The notes beneath the pieces are model-generated. The model saw only the letters and a program-made list of their open reading frames with translations. It did not search any database and was not told the origin of the DNA. Source: an uncultured virus (IMG/VR IMGVR_UViG_3300047499_000163) (lineage: Duplodnaviria > Heunggongvirae > Uroviricota > Caudoviricetes). From it: 64,000 bases of DNA. Position numbers and translations under genes: made by a program. The first letter of the stretch is position 1; each line of letters begins with the position of its first letter. Where the stretch lies: the IMG/VR virus record IMGVR_UViG_3300047499_000163. One strand, written 5' to 3'. Positions 38,084-48,279 of the stretch are shown here, in pieces.

Positions 38084-38703
38084 GGCTTCGCTGTTCCCAG
38101 CAGAACGGCCCGGCCGTCCATCACCTGAAAGTACGATACAATGGTCTTCCGCTTCTTGGCCTCCTCCTCCGATCTCGAGCGAAGATGGCCGACGTTGAAG
38201 ACAGTGACCCGGTACGTTTGGCTCCAAAATCCGAGCAGGTAAGTCATCGGAAGTTTTTCTTGTGTGACTCGGAGACGTGCCTGTCACGGAGGAGCCCCGT
38301 AAGCTTGCGCCAACCGAGCAGACCGTGCAGGTTCCACACAGTGCCATCATCCTCTACGATGGACAGGCTGGCACCAAACACGAGTGTCTTCTGCCCCTTC
38401 GTCTTCGGGCGAAGCGGGAATTCCTTCTGCACCCGCGTGTCAACCATCACCTGCCCGTCCGGAGTCTGTAGTAGGACTCTGAAACCCATGTGACCAGAAT
38501 ACAGACGAGGGGAGCCACTTTGCGGCAGCTCCACTCGCCGGGTCGTCGGCGTCTTGGCGTCAGTCCTTCATCGCCTTGCATTGAATCCGTGAAGGGCTTG
38601 GTTTTCGAATACCTGACCCCACCGCATCTAGAACACTGCCACGTTCTGTCGTAATGCCCAGACGGGCTGGGAGCTTCGATATTTTCCCAAAGATGACCGG
38701 CCA

Positions 38704-38712
38704 TGGTATAAT
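38704..38712 (+). promoter_or_regulatory. Sigma70-type extended -10 element (TGnTATAAT) before the HNH gene
   Basis: TGGTATAAT, with the ATG at 38721 8 nt downstream. Confidence 0.45.
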
Positions 38713-38720
38713 ACTCTTAC

Positions 38721-39362
38721 ATGAACAGCAAGTTCGTCAAGTTGGATTACGATACTTCGAAAGAACGCCAATGTTCGCGCCACGGCGTCCAGCCCATCAG
38801 CGCATATTACAAGTGCGCGGGCAAGAGCCGACACGGGAAGGCTATTGACGTCTACCGCTGCATCCTCTGCACGGGCGAGCGCCGAGCGGCCAGGCATGCG
38901 GCGAATCCCGGAGAGTCGCGCAAGAGCGTCAAGAAATGGCGCAAGAAAAACCCGGACAAACTGCGGCTCATCAACGGGAAATACTACAAAGTAAACAGAG
39001 TCAAACTCAACGCGGCCTACAAGAAACAACGCGATAAGAATCGACTTATCTGCATTGTGCACTATGGTGGTCCTGAACCCAAATGCGCATGCTGCGGAGA
39101 AAACCGCCTCGAGTTCCTCTCAATTGATCACATCAAAGGGAAAGGCAACGCCCATCGAAAGGAAATCAAGCGGTGGGGCTCGACCTTCTACAAGTGGCTG
39201 ATCCAGAACCGGTTCCCGCGGGGATTCCGAGTCCTCTGCCACAACTGCAATTTCTCCCTCGGGGCGTATGGATATTGTCCGCATACGCACGAGGGGCCTG
39301 CCAGTCTCCCGGCAGACCCCTCGGTGGGTCTTGTTGCTGAACGGTCGGTCAGTCCTTCATAG
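38721..39362 (+). CDS. HNH-type (His-Cys) endonuclease
   Basis: CACC, LSIDHIKGKG...HR, FRVLCHNCN. Confidence 0.8.
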   Translation: MNSKFVKLDYDTSKERQCSRHGVQPISAYYKCAGKSRHGKAIDVYRCILCTGERRAARHAANPGESRKSVKKWRKKNPDKLRLINGKYYKVNRVKLNAAYKKQRDKNRLICIVHYGGPEPKCACCGENRLEFLSIDHIKGKGNAHRKEIKRWGSTFYKWLIQNRFPRGFRVLCHNCNFSLGAYGYCPHTHEGPASLPADPSVGLVAERSVSPS

Positions 39363-40470
39363 CTTTACGGACGTTGAGGTATACCTGCATCACTTCCGGG
39401 ATCTGGGTCAGCTTAAAGTCCTGGATGAGCTTCATGTTCAGCGTGGACTTCACCGCGCCGATCTGGAACTCCGCCGAGAGCGTCCGGATCCATCCGAAGA
39501 CGTGCTTGGCGCCCTTCTGGACGGTCTCGATCTGCTTGTCGGCCAGGGTCTTGGGGGTCTTGCGGCACTCCTGGGCCACCATGTCGACGGCGGAGATCGC
39601 GCAGACGAGCTGCTTGTCGATGGTCATGTCGTTCGTGGGAGGAGCCTTGCCCTTCTCCCACAGCTCGTCGACCATCGGCTCGACGTGGCGGTAGTAGTCC
39701 AGCCAGGTGCGGAACTTGACGGCCGCTGCCGTTCCGACACGGCCCGCCACGAGCATCGACTGGAAGTCGACCGAGTGGACCTTCGGGTCCGTCTGGTTCA
39801 GCTCGGACGCCGCCTGCGCCCACGAGCGGGGAGAGGGCCGGCAGTACGCCGTGGGGTCGCCCTCGGTGGGCGGCATGCACAGGTACTCCTGGTGCTTGCT
39901 GAGGAAGCCGATGACGAGGGGGTTGACGTTGTTGTCCTGCGCCCACTCGCGCCACGACTCGAACGAGTGCGTCAGTTTGTAGACCTTGCACCGGTTCGTG
40001 AGCGCCATCGAGATCGGCTGCGAGAACGCGCCCTCCTCCGGGAGGTTGCCCGTCGCGACGATGGCCTGAATGTCGAGCGGCGTGCCGTTGATGCTGTGGA
40101 ACTGGAACAGCTCCAAGAGCGGGTTCTGCAGCTCGGGCTTGGCCTTGTCCAGCTCGTCGACGATGAGGACGTACCGCTTGCGGGTCGACTCGTCCTGCGA
40201 GGTGTCGGCTCGCGGGAGGAACTTCGGCGTGGCGTAGTCCACGCGCTTGTCGTCGGTGATGATGGGGAGGCCGATGAGGTCGGGCGCTTCGAGCACCGAC
40301 AGGTTCAAGTAGATGCCCGTGAAGCTGTTGCGGGCGCATGCCTGCTGCGCCATCTCGGTTTTGCCAGTGCCGGCCATGCCGAGCACGAGCAGGTTGTTGC
40401 GCGTCTTGATGTTGAAGTCCAGCACCTGCGCGTAGGTGGCCTGGTCGATCTCGTGAACGTTGGTCAGCAC
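39349..40470 (-). CDS. AAA+ ATPase (MoxR/AAA_5-like), likely partner of the VWA protein
   Basis: Walker A GMAGTGKT, Walker B LIVDE, ATGN, LTNR, PSPRSW; promoter at 40520-40543. Confidence 0.88.
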   Translation of the reverse strand: MLTNVHEIDQATYAQVLDFNIKTRNNLLVLGMAGTGKTEMAQQACARNSFTGIYLNLSVLEAPDLIGLPIITDDKRVDYATPKFLPRADTSQDESTRKRYVLIVDELDKAKPELQNPLLELFQFHSINGTPLDIQAIVATGNLPEEGAFSQPISMALTNRCKVYKLTHSFESWREWAQDNNVNPLVIGFLSKHQEYLCMPPTEGDPTAYCRPSPRSWAQAASELNQTDPKVHSVDFQSMLVAGRVGTAAAVKFRTWLDYYRHVEPMVDELWEKGKAPPTNDMTIDKQLVCAISAVDMVAQECRKTPKTLADKQIETVQKGAKHVFGWIRTLSAEFQIGAVKSTLNMKLIQDFKLTQIPEVMQVYLNVRKAMKD

Positions 40471-40589
40471 TTGGTCATTCCTCCGTGTGCGTGGCGGGAG
40501 CGCCACCTCCACCGATCAGTACGCGCCGCACCCGACAACTTCCGGCCGCGCGCCGGGTTATTTTGAAACTGTCGTGACCCAACTCTACA

Positions 40590-40775
40590 CTAAGACTCAT
40601 GCACCGGCTCGACGACGAATATCTCGTACGGAATCTCTTCATAGAACACTGCGCTGCCTTGGAGAGCACGTTTCAGCTCGCCAGCGTGCGTCGAGCATCT
40701 TGCTTCGTAACGAATCGGCCGCTGCCTGATTCGGAAGAAGTGATCGGCCTCAGTGAGACCTTTGCTCAGGAGCAC
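40590..40775 (-). CDS. Small protein with VHES tag
   Basis: RCSTH...EIFVVEPVHES*. Confidence 0.55.
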   Translation of the reverse strand: MLLSKGLTEADHFFRIRQRPIRYEARCSTHAGELKRALQGSAVFYEEIPYEIFVVEPVHES

Positions 40776-40833
40776 CGTTCTTCGTCTTCTTTGAAGCGAT
40801 AGTTACAACGGACCGTGCGAGTTTCCGGGTCGA

Positions 40834-41013
40834 TCATGACTCCATGATTTTGCGAACTATCCGCTCTTCCCAGTAGCCCGCAACGGGACAGTCCCTCTCG
40901 TCGGGAGGGTCCTTCTTTTCCAAAAGAGAATGCCGGTAACACAACGGCCTGGTACTCTCGTGGAAGACGACGCGCATGGCGCCGTCCGGCAGCTTGAATG
41001 CGTATTGCCTCAA
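40834..41013 (-). CDS. Small protein with IMES tag
   Basis: Ends WEERIVRKIMES*. Confidence 0.6.
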   Translation of the reverse strand: MRQYAFKLPDGAMRVVFHESTRPLCYRHSLLEKKDPPDERDCPVAGYWEERIVRKIMES

Positions 41014-41219
41014 GACTCCATCACCTCTTGCACAGCGTACTCCTCGAGGAGGGCCGGCGTCCATGGAGACGTCTGCACGCCATCCTCCTCTGCGCAAACA
41101 CCAAAGTAGGGAACGAGGCGCCGGTATTCTCCTGAACGCTTCTCGTGGAACCGGGTGCTATACCTCCGCGGCGACACGTTCGTCCGGTGTGACGGAGCTT
41201 GGCAGTCGGGCAGCTTCAC
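41010..41219 (-). CDS. Small protein with VMES tag
   Basis: Ends EEYAVQEVMES*. Confidence 0.65.
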   Translation of the reverse strand: MKLPDCQAPSHRTNVSPRRYSTRFHEKRSGEYRRLVPYFGVCAEEDGVQTSPWTPALLEEYAVQEVMES

Positions 41220-41532
41220 GACTCCATCACCTGGAACACGATAGATCGCGGGTACGCTTGCACGATGGCATCTTCGACGGCCTGCCTATCGGTGAAGAAT
41301 ACAGAGAGCTTGGCGCCGCTGCCGTACGACAGGTCTGCCCGCCAGTATTGCTCCTTGACTAGCACGTGCAATGCGCGCTCGAACCCGGACCGCTGCGCGT
41401 GTTCCGCCTGGTCGAACTTGTCCACGACGGTGGGCACTCCTTCGCGAACTTGACGACATCCAACTTCTTCTTTGCAGTGGCGTAAGCCGCCTGCAAGAGC
41501 TGGCTCGTCTTGTGGCAGTAGTCCCAGCTCAC
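41216..41532 (-). CDS. Protein with VMES tag (probable frameshift near the 5' end)
   Basis: Ends RSIVFQVMES*. Confidence 0.55.
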
Positions 41533-42110
41533 GACTCCATGACCTCACGCGCGAAGGTCTCGCGCCACATCTGCAGGACTTCATCCTCGGACAACAGGTC
41601 GTCGTGGTCCTTGAACACGTCGCGGATTCGCGCCATCAGGCGTTCCTTGTCGGCAGCACGCTTGGTGTTGAACCGGGCGCGGATGGGTGCGAGCTTCTTC
41701 TCGTCCTGGAGCGCTGCCGCAGAGGAATTCTCGATGCTGGCTAGCTGCATTGCCACTTCATCCTGAGGCAGGAGCGGCAGAATCTTCTCGGCGAAGACCT
41801 CGCTCAGCGGATTCCCACCGAGCGCGTGCGCGATGATGTGGCGGAACGCGATGGACTTGTGGATTTTGTAGGTCTTGCCCCGATGCCGTATGTTGACCTT
41901 GACCATCGGGGTCCGGTCGTACATGACGATGTTAGCGTCGCCCACCTTGCCGTGCAGGAAAATGTCGACCGCCTCTTCGAGGGCGTCGCACTCCTGGGGC
42001 CTTCCCGTGCACTGCATCACCTCCTGCACCACCCTCTCGATGGCCTGCGATAGTGGCGAGGCGAGGATCGTGACAAGGGTCTTCTGTTGTTTTGGACTGA
42101 CGGCTCTCAT
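41529..42110 (-). CDS. Hypothetical protein with VMES tag
   Basis: Ends LSEDEVLQMWRETFAREVMES*. Confidence 0.75.
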   Translation of the reverse strand: MRAVSPKQQKTLVTILASPLSQAIERVVQEVMQCTGRPQECDALEEAVDIFLHGKVGDANIVMYDRTPMVKVNIRHRGKTYKIHKSIAFRHIIAHALGGNPLSEVFAEKILPLLPQDEVAMQLASIENSSAAALQDEKKLAPIRARFNTKRAADKERLMARIRDVFKDHDDLLSEDEVLQMWRETFAREVMES

Positions 42111-42372
42111 TTAGTTGTCCCACAGCGATTGCATGACTTGTTCTTCGATACGGCGCTCCTGGGGAGAGCGCTTGTGATCCTGGTACTCACGAAGAGTCCA
42201 GCCGATCTCCTGGAGCTTGGCATCGACAGCAAGCAGATATGCTTGGTGCGCGAGGACCGCCTCTCGGAGCTGAGCCTTGGTCATGTGTGAACCCGTGCAC
42301 TTGGGCGCGGCACGGCGAGTCTCTTCCATGAAGATCTCCACCGCACGCTTCCAGGTTTCCGGATTCCCCACG

Positions 42373-43077
42373 TCACGACTCCATGATCTCGTGGCAGACG
42401 AACTCGTCCATCGCCATCTTGAGCACGTGCGGCTTGGCGACAGATGAGAACTTGAGCAGGACCGACTTGATCTCGTCGGCGATGCACCGCTCGTGGAAGG
42501 TGACCTTCTCCTGCGCGAAGGCATCCGATGCGAGCGCGGAGCGCATCGCCTGACGGATCTTCTCCTGCGTCTTGGACATCTTGTCCATGAGCACCTCGGA
42601 CAGGTGCCGGCGCACGTAGACGGACCACTTGTTGTCGAGCTTGGACGACCTGTCGCCATCCTTGTTTCGACCGAGCAGCGTCTCCTTCTTGCAGAAGTAG
42701 GTCGGGCACGCCTTGGTGTTGAAGTTGCGGTCGACGATGCCGTCCAGCTCGTCGTCGTCGCAGAGAGTCGAGAGCGAAACGATCCAGTCGTTGGGGTCCT
42801 GCCACACCTCCTCGATGTGGTCCTTGCCGTCCGCCTTCTTGCCCCAATCGACCAGCAGCCGATGGACGGGCGGCGCGACGTTCTTCTTCTTGAGCGGATC
42901 CGTCTCGTGGTCCGACCCGCCCGGGATGAACCTCCAGCCGGCGACGTTCGCCTGGTCCAGCTTCTCGGAGAGACGGACGACGTAGTCCTTGAAGTCCTGC
43001 GTGGCCACCAGGTGGCTGCAGACTTTGTCGTAGCTCTTCACGCCCTTGACAGGGCCGCGCGTGTGCTCGGCGGTCAT
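42373..43077 (-). CDS. Hypothetical protein with IMES tag
   Basis: Ends MDEFVCHEIMES*; promoter GTAG-N16-CGTA at 43096-43119 plus Shine-Dalgarno. Confidence 0.75.
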   Translation of the reverse strand: MTAEHTRGPVKGVKSYDKVCSHLVATQDFKDYVVRLSEKLDQANVAGWRFIPGGSDHETDPLKKKNVAPPVHRLLVDWGKKADGKDHIEEVWQDPNDWIVSLSTLCDDDELDGIVDRNFNTKACPTYFCKKETLLGRNKDGDRSSKLDNKWSVYVRRHLSEVLMDKMSKTQEKIRQAMRSALASDAFAQEKVTFHERCIADEIKSVLLKFSSVAKPHVLKMAMDEFVCHEIMES

Positions 43078-43371
43078 TGTGCCTCCACCGATCGGTACGC
43101 GCCGCGCCCGATAACCTACGCCTTGGCCTCGCCAATAGGTCGAATTTTTGCTCCCTGCGCTTCGAGCGAGCCCCCAATCTCTTTGCGACATCTTTCGCAA
43201 AGATATGCCAGCTCCTCGCCGTCATCGGCCACGAACTTCGGCGGTTCGCAGATGGCCAGCAGTCCTTTGACGGTCAGAGTTTTCTCATCGATTTCCGGAG
43301 CCTTCGGATGCATGTCACGCAGCCGGCGCTCGTTCTCGCGCGCGATGCGCGACCTGCGGGAACAGACCTTT

Positions 43372-43569
43372 TCAGCCATGGGGAATAGGATCAGCAATAC
43401 ACTGCCAGGCGCAGGTCTTGTCGTCGCAGAGGCACACGAGCACCTTTGGTTTCGAGCACTTGGGAAGGGGGACATGACACAGAGAGGCCCCTTCCGCGTC
43501 CTGCGCGTCCTGCGTGGAGAGCAGGACGAAGACGGCCAGGAGTGCCACGACGAATCCCACTTGCTTCAT
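43372..43569 (-). CDS. Small secreted Cys-rich protein
   Basis: Signal peptide followed by six Cys. Confidence 0.5.
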   Translation of the reverse strand: MKQVGFVVALLAVFVLLSTQDAQDAEGASLCHVPLPKCSKPKVLVCLCDDKTCAWQCIADPIPHG

Positions 43570-43574
43570 GCGCT

Positions 43575-43862
43575 CTACGTGTCCATGAAGATCTTGGGAG
43601 GTGCCTTGAGCTTGAAGGTCGCGCACTGCTGCGCGATGAACTCGTTCCAGCGCTGGAAGGTCTTGTTGAGGAAGCGCTCGTTCGAGTCGGTCGCCTCCCA
43701 CTTGCCCGTGAAGCAGCCGGCGACCGAAATCCGGCGCTTCTTGAACTCAGCCCTCTCCTGGTCGTTGATGAGGTTCAGCTCGATGAAATCGGCCATTTCG
43801 GTGTCATCGAGCAGGCCCAGCTCGTTGCACTCGAGGAACTCCTCCAGGTCTGCCTTCTTCAC
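43575..43862 (-). CDS. Hypothetical protein ending FMDT
   Basis: GTGA coupling, GGAG upstream. Confidence 0.55.
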   Translation of the reverse strand: MKKADLEEFLECNELGLLDDTEMADFIELNLINDQERAEFKKRRISVAGCFTGKWEATDSNERFLNKTFQRWNEFIAQQCATFKLKAPPKIFMDT

Positions 43863-44557
43863 GACTTCTGCTCCTCCGACTGGTTGGTCTCGGCGTCGGC
43901 GAGCAGCTGGTCGAGGGCATCCTTGAAGCCGGTGTTCTTGGCGACGCGGGTCATGCCCTCGGGAACGACCACTTCCTTCTTGGGCTTGCCCTCCATCCTG
44001 TTCGGGTTGACGTGGGCTGGGGGCGAGATATGACCCGCGCCCGCGGTCGGCGTCTGCCCGGGTTGTAGCGGCGCGGCGTACGGCGGCGGAGGCGGCGCGT
44101 TGGGCAGGGGCGCGATCGGCACACCCACGACAGGCGCACCGAGCGGCGCGGCCACTGTCGACAGAGGACCACCGCAGTTGTTGCAGAACTTGCCCGACAG
44201 ACCGCTGATGCCGCAGGAGTTGCATACCTGCGTCGAAACGGTCGACGTCTGGACACCGCCTGCGTTCCAGTCGATGTCGCCTGTTGCGGGATCGTAGGTG
44301 GCTCCCTCGAGCCACTCCCCCTGATGCGGGTGCCCGTGCACGACATTGGTCGCCCACAAGTTGCCGGTCTTGCGAGGCTTGGCCAGCAAGATGGTGGAGT
44401 TCGGTCCAGCGAGCGAGTAGTCGTAGTCGAGCTTCGTCTGGTTGGCGCCGGACGTGCTGTCGTCGAGTTGGTTCTCGAACTCTCCGAAAACGCTGTCTTC
44501 GGCGAGCTGGATGGCTTCGTGCGTCGACAGTGGGCGCTCGTTCGGAAACTGTGCCAT
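43859..44557 (-). CDS. Zinc-ribbon, Pro-rich hypothetical protein
   Basis: CNSCG...KFCNNCG, PPPPP; AAGGAG upstream. Confidence 0.7.
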   Translation of the reverse strand: MAQFPNERPLSTHEAIQLAEDSVFGEFENQLDDSTSGANQTKLDYDYSLAGPNSTILLAKPRKTGNLWATNVVHGHPHQGEWLEGATYDPATGDIDWNAGGVQTSTVSTQVCNSCGISGLSGKFCNNCGGPLSTVAAPLGAPVVGVPIAPLPNAPPPPPYAAPLQPGQTPTAGAGHISPPAHVNPNRMEGKPKKEVVVPEGMTRVAKNTGFKDALDQLLADAETNQSEEQKS

Positions 44558-44896
44558 GGACTATTCCTTCTCCTTGTCACCCTCGGTCAGGAGGGGCGGA
44601 ACCGTGACGGGAGGCGTTCCCTCCCCGAGGGCCTTGTAGCCGGCCTGCATGCGCCTCTTTGACAGTGAGTTGCTTGACTTGTTTGGCCATGATTCCTTAC
44701 CTCGGCCAGTTCCTTGGCCGGATGATGACTGTGTCCTCAGTGATACCGTAGACGGCGCAGACGCGGCGATGCTCTCTTTCCCAAAACTTCTTTGCGGCCT
44801 CGCCAGGAGCCGGCTCTCGATTGCAAAGAATGGGGATGGTCACCCATGCGCCGTCTCGGTAGACGCACGCCTCCATCTCCACGGAAGGGGTGCCGT

Positions 44897-45235
44897 TCAC
44901 GCGCGCTGAACCCCCGGGTGCACGAAATCGGTCTCTGCCGTGGCGCGCAGAGGGAAGTACGTTCCCACGAACTTATAGCCGCGCTCGCGGTACGTGTCGT
45001 AGCGACCACCCTCGAGGATGATGCTCACGTCCCAATCGGCGCCACGAGCCAGGCTGTACATCTGGTCGGCGAGCCACTGGGTGTAGGGCTCCTCGCGGCC
45101 CACGAACTCGCGGAGCTTCTCGACGAGCATGTCCCGGTCGAGCAGCGCCCAATTCGGGAAGTCATGCATCCAACTCCCGCCGATCTCGAAGATCTGCTTC
45201 TGCGGGTGCGCGACGAGGAACGCTGACGTGCCCAT
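44897..45235 (-). CDS. Hypothetical protein
   Basis: Promoter GTAG-N16-CGTA at 45254-45277 plus GGAGGTGG. Confidence 0.65.
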   Translation of the reverse strand: MGTSAFLVAHPQKQIFEIGGSWMHDFPNWALLDRDMLVEKLREFVGREEPYTQWLADQMYSLARGADWDVSIILEGGRYDTYRERGYKFVGTYFPLRATAETDFVHPGVQRA

Positions 45236-45307
45236 GCCACCTCCACCGATCGGTACGCGGCGAGCCGCACAACCTACGGGCCGGGCCGGGCCGGGCAGGC
45301 CGCTGAG

Positions 45308-45523
45308 TTATGATTCCATCACCTGGAAAGCGACATACTCCTCGCATGTCACCTTTAAGACACCGCGCTTGCGATCGCCCACGTCCAGCTTGAGATCGTC
45401 AGGTGGCTTTTGCCAGTCCTCCAGGCGGATGCCACACTTCTGGCATTTCCAGATAGGAGGATGGCGTCTGCCGCGACGTCCGCCGTTGGGGCGCGCGACA
45501 AAGGTGTTTTGCCACTCGTGCAT
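45308..45523 (-). CDS. Small zinc-finger protein with VMES tag
   Basis: HEW...WKCQKC...CEEYVAFQVMES*. Confidence 0.75.
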   Translation of the reverse strand: MHEWQNTFVARPNGGRRGRRHPPIWKCQKCGIRLEDWQKPPDDLKLDVGDRKRGVLKVTCEEYVAFQVMES

Positions 45524-46112
45524 TAGGTAGGGATTTGCTCACCGCGTCGTGCGGCGGCGAAGGTCTCCCGGGCCTTGCTCTCGAGCGCGACTGATCTGCA
45601 GACGAACAGGTCGGCGGTCTTGCGGACTTCTGCAGCGTCCTCGTGAAGACCAGCTTTCGCAAGCTTGTCGGCGACGGCGCGCATCCTTGACGATATCGTC
45701 GATCTTGCGCGCGCACTCGCTGGCGACGGGGATTTGCCTGCCCTTGATCATGCTCGGCCTCAGTCGTAGCTGGCAACGAAGAGCTTGCCACTCTTCGTGC
45801 GGATGATGCATCGCTGCCGGGAGGAGTCGCGGAAGTACGCGCCGGTGATGGGCTCGATGCAGACGACCTCCGCGTCGAAGTCCAGTTCGTGCTTGAATGG
45901 CAGACCAGCTGCCGCCTTCTCGAACTCCTCTTTGGTTGCAGCAACGCTCACTCGCGACCTCCTTGGCTTGTGTACACGACCTCGTCCTTGACGAAGAAAC
46001 CGGGGTCGTCCACGAGCGCAATCACCCTCTCGGGGTGATTGGAATTCGGCCTCCTGCGCGGCTTCCGCGAGGAACTCGAATTGTTTGTCGGGGCTCTTCT
46101 CCAGCCGGAATC

Positions 46113-47396
46113 TCACTCGTAGTCCCTCACGGCGATGAACGAGGCGCACTTGGGGCGCCCGTCCTTGGTCAGTTCCGTGTAGCTGTACGTGACCACGGAC
46201 CCGATGGCCGGGGGCTTTTCGCGCAGCTCCACCGTCTTGGCGTTGAGCTGGAAGGTCGTGCCGTTGGGCATCCGCATGTTGAGCGAGCCCACCAGGCCCT
46301 TGAACTGGCCCTTGGTGCTCTTCTCGTAGCCGATGACCTCGGCCTCGGCGTCCTGGAACAGCTTGAGCTTGAGCAGGGTCGCCGATCGGCGCGCTTCGTA
46401 GAGGCTGCCGGGCTTGCGGAGCATGAGCCCCTCGGCGCCCAGGGCCACCACCCGCTTGAGTTCGGCGATCAGGTCCTTGTGGGACTTCACTGGAGAGTGC
46501 GTGTGCACCTCCATGTATGGGATCTTGGAGCCGGCCTTGAGGGCGTGCAGGGCGGCCATGCGCGCCTCGAACACCCCGCCGTGCTTGGGCATGTCGAAGG
46601 TGACGTACTTGACCTGCTTCCAGCGATCCCCTGAATCCATCGAGCGAACGATGGAGAGGGTCTCCTGGAACATCTGGCGGCCCATCCAAAGCTCGCCGTC
46701 GAGCGGGTGATCGGGCAGACCCGCCTTGAACCAAGCGGGCGCGTAGAAGACGTTGCCCTGGCGGGAGATGAAGTCCTTGCCATTCCAGTAGCCACGCACG
46801 CCGTCGAGCTTCTCGGAGCAGTGCCACCCCGTGGGATCCAGGTCGTCGAAGTCGTCGTACTTCTGCGCGAGCAGCAGCGGCGGGCCGTTGATCTTGGCCT
46901 TCTCGTCCTGACGCAGGCTCCTGCCCTCGGCAGCAGCGCGGTCGATGAGGCTCTGCTTGTAGGCGGCCTCGGGGTCCATGCCCATTGCCGGATGATTCTC
47001 GGCCGCGCGCTCGGTGTCCGTCTTCTGCGGGACACCCGAAACCTTCTTGCCGAACACCGCAGCCAGCACCTCGTCCGGAGACTCCTCGACAGACGAAGTG
47101 CCGGCGGCACCCACCCCCACCGGAGCCAGACCTGGCACAGCGGGAGTGGGTGCCTTCGTCGCAACCGCAGCGGGCAAGGCCGCGGAAGCGCCGCCGACGT
47201 TTGAAGATGCACCGTAGGGAGGCTTTTGGCCCATCACCTGAACGGTGTGCTTGCAGAACTTGAGGTTGACCGCTGCTGCCTTGCAGTTCTTCCAGCTCGG
47301 GCAAGTGCAGACCACCACACCGCCCTTCATGTAGATGCGGTACGGGCTGGCGCCGGAACCCTGGATGAAGGTCTCTTGTCCTTCGGTCAGCGGCAT
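46113..47396 (-). CDS. lig: ATP-dependent DNA ligase with an N-terminal SWIM zinc finger
   Basis: CTCPSW...CKH; motif I SEKLDGVR, LDGELW, VTFD, EGLMLR, LLKLK, OB fold; promoter at 47419-47442. Confidence 0.92.
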   Translation of the reverse strand: MPLTEGQETFIQGSGASPYRIYMKGGVVVCTCPSWKNCKAAAVNLKFCKHTVQVMGQKPPYGASSNVGGASAALPAAVATKAPTPAVPGLAPVGVGAAGTSSVEESPDEVLAAVFGKKVSGVPQKTDTERAAENHPAMGMDPEAAYKQSLIDRAAAEGRSLRQDEKAKINGPPLLLAQKYDDFDDLDPTGWHCSEKLDGVRGYWNGKDFISRQGNVFYAPAWFKAGLPDHPLDGELWMGRQMFQETLSIVRSMDSGDRWKQVKYVTFDMPKHGGVFEARMAALHALKAGSKIPYMEVHTHSPVKSHKDLIAELKRVVALGAEGLMLRKPGSLYEARRSATLLKLKLFQDAEAEVIGYEKSTKGQFKGLVGSLNMRMPNGTTFQLNAKTVELREKPPAIGSVVTYSYTELTKDGRPKCASFIAVRDYE

Positions 47397-47594
47397 GCGT
47401 CGCTCCTCTCCCGATCCGTACACGCGCGCGGGGCGGACCTGCGCTCCGCGTCAGCCATCCCCTGGGTCCCTTCCAGAAAATGGCGTAAGGCGCGGCATCG
47501 CGCCTGACAACCCACTCGCTCGGAGCGTCGTCGAGCCTGGCCATGTGCCAATCGTGCATGAGAATGGCGGCCTCGCGGGCGCGTTGCAATAGGG

Positions 47595-47836
47595 TCACGA
47601 CTCCATAACCTCTTCGACGAGGGCCTCGTTGATGGCGGCTTGCAGCCGCTCGACTGGCACCTTTTTGACCAGGAACCGGATCTCTCGACGGAAGAGTTCA
47701 AGCGCTCGGCCTCGGCCTCGTTGGCACCAGCCTGCACGTACTTCTCGATGATCTCCTTGCGAGACTCGATGTCTGCACGTGCGCTGCTCATGAACAGAGA
47801 GCGGTCTTTGTCGAGTATGCCGCGCTGTCTGCTCAT
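47595..47836 (-). pseudogene. VMES-tag protein with a frameshift near 47690
   Basis: MSRQRGIL... then EIRFLVKKVPVERLQAAINEALVEEVMES* in another frame. Confidence 0.6.
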
Positions 47837-48036
47837 GATTCCATCACTTGCCGGGCGACAACCAGGTCGCAATCCTCGGTCCTGTGCGGTTGGTCCGCGT
47901 CGTCCGGGCACACCCCTCGCTCGAGATGGACGGTCTTGCCGCATCTGTCGCAGCCCCACACCGTCAGGTGGCTCAGCATTCCCCGGGGAGGAAATGGCCG
48001 AGGCGAATGGTTGATGTGCCAGCGATGGGGTGTCAC
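47833..48036 (-). CDS. Small zinc-finger protein with VMES tag
   Basis: HRW...WGCDRC...CDLVVARQVMES*. Confidence 0.75.
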   Translation of the reverse strand: MTPHRWHINHSPRPFPPRGMLSHLTVWGCDRCGKTVHLERGVCPDDADQPHRTEDCDLVVARQVMES

Positions 48037-48279
48037 TCAGTAGTTCTCGTCCAGATACTCATCCAACTCGGCGGGCATGTAGCCGGCCTTCTTGGCGGCG
48101 TCGCACACGGTCTGAGGGACGCCCTTGTTGACCAGATCGACGAACGATCTGGCGCCTGTGAGATCGCTTCGCGAGAAGGACACCCCGTCGAAGGTCCAGC
48201 CCTGCTCTTCGGGACGACGACCTTTGTTCCAGGGACGGACCACCGGACGAATCTGAGGGACGGTGGTTGCTGCGCTCAT
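48037..48279 (-). CDS. Hypothetical protein (leaderless)
   Basis: ATG 9 nt after GTGG-N16-CGTA at 48289-48312. Confidence 0.6.
   Translation of the reverse strand: MSAATTVPQIRPVVRPWNKGRRPEEQGWTFDGVSFSRSDLTGARSFVDLVNKGVPQTVCDAAKKAGYMPAELDEYLDENY

Noticed and set aside
39268..40566. 432-aa plus-strand ORF
   Set aside because: Antisense shadow of the AAA+ ATPase.
45760..47598. 612-aa Arg-rich minus ORF
   Set aside because: Off-frame reading over the DNA ligase gene.
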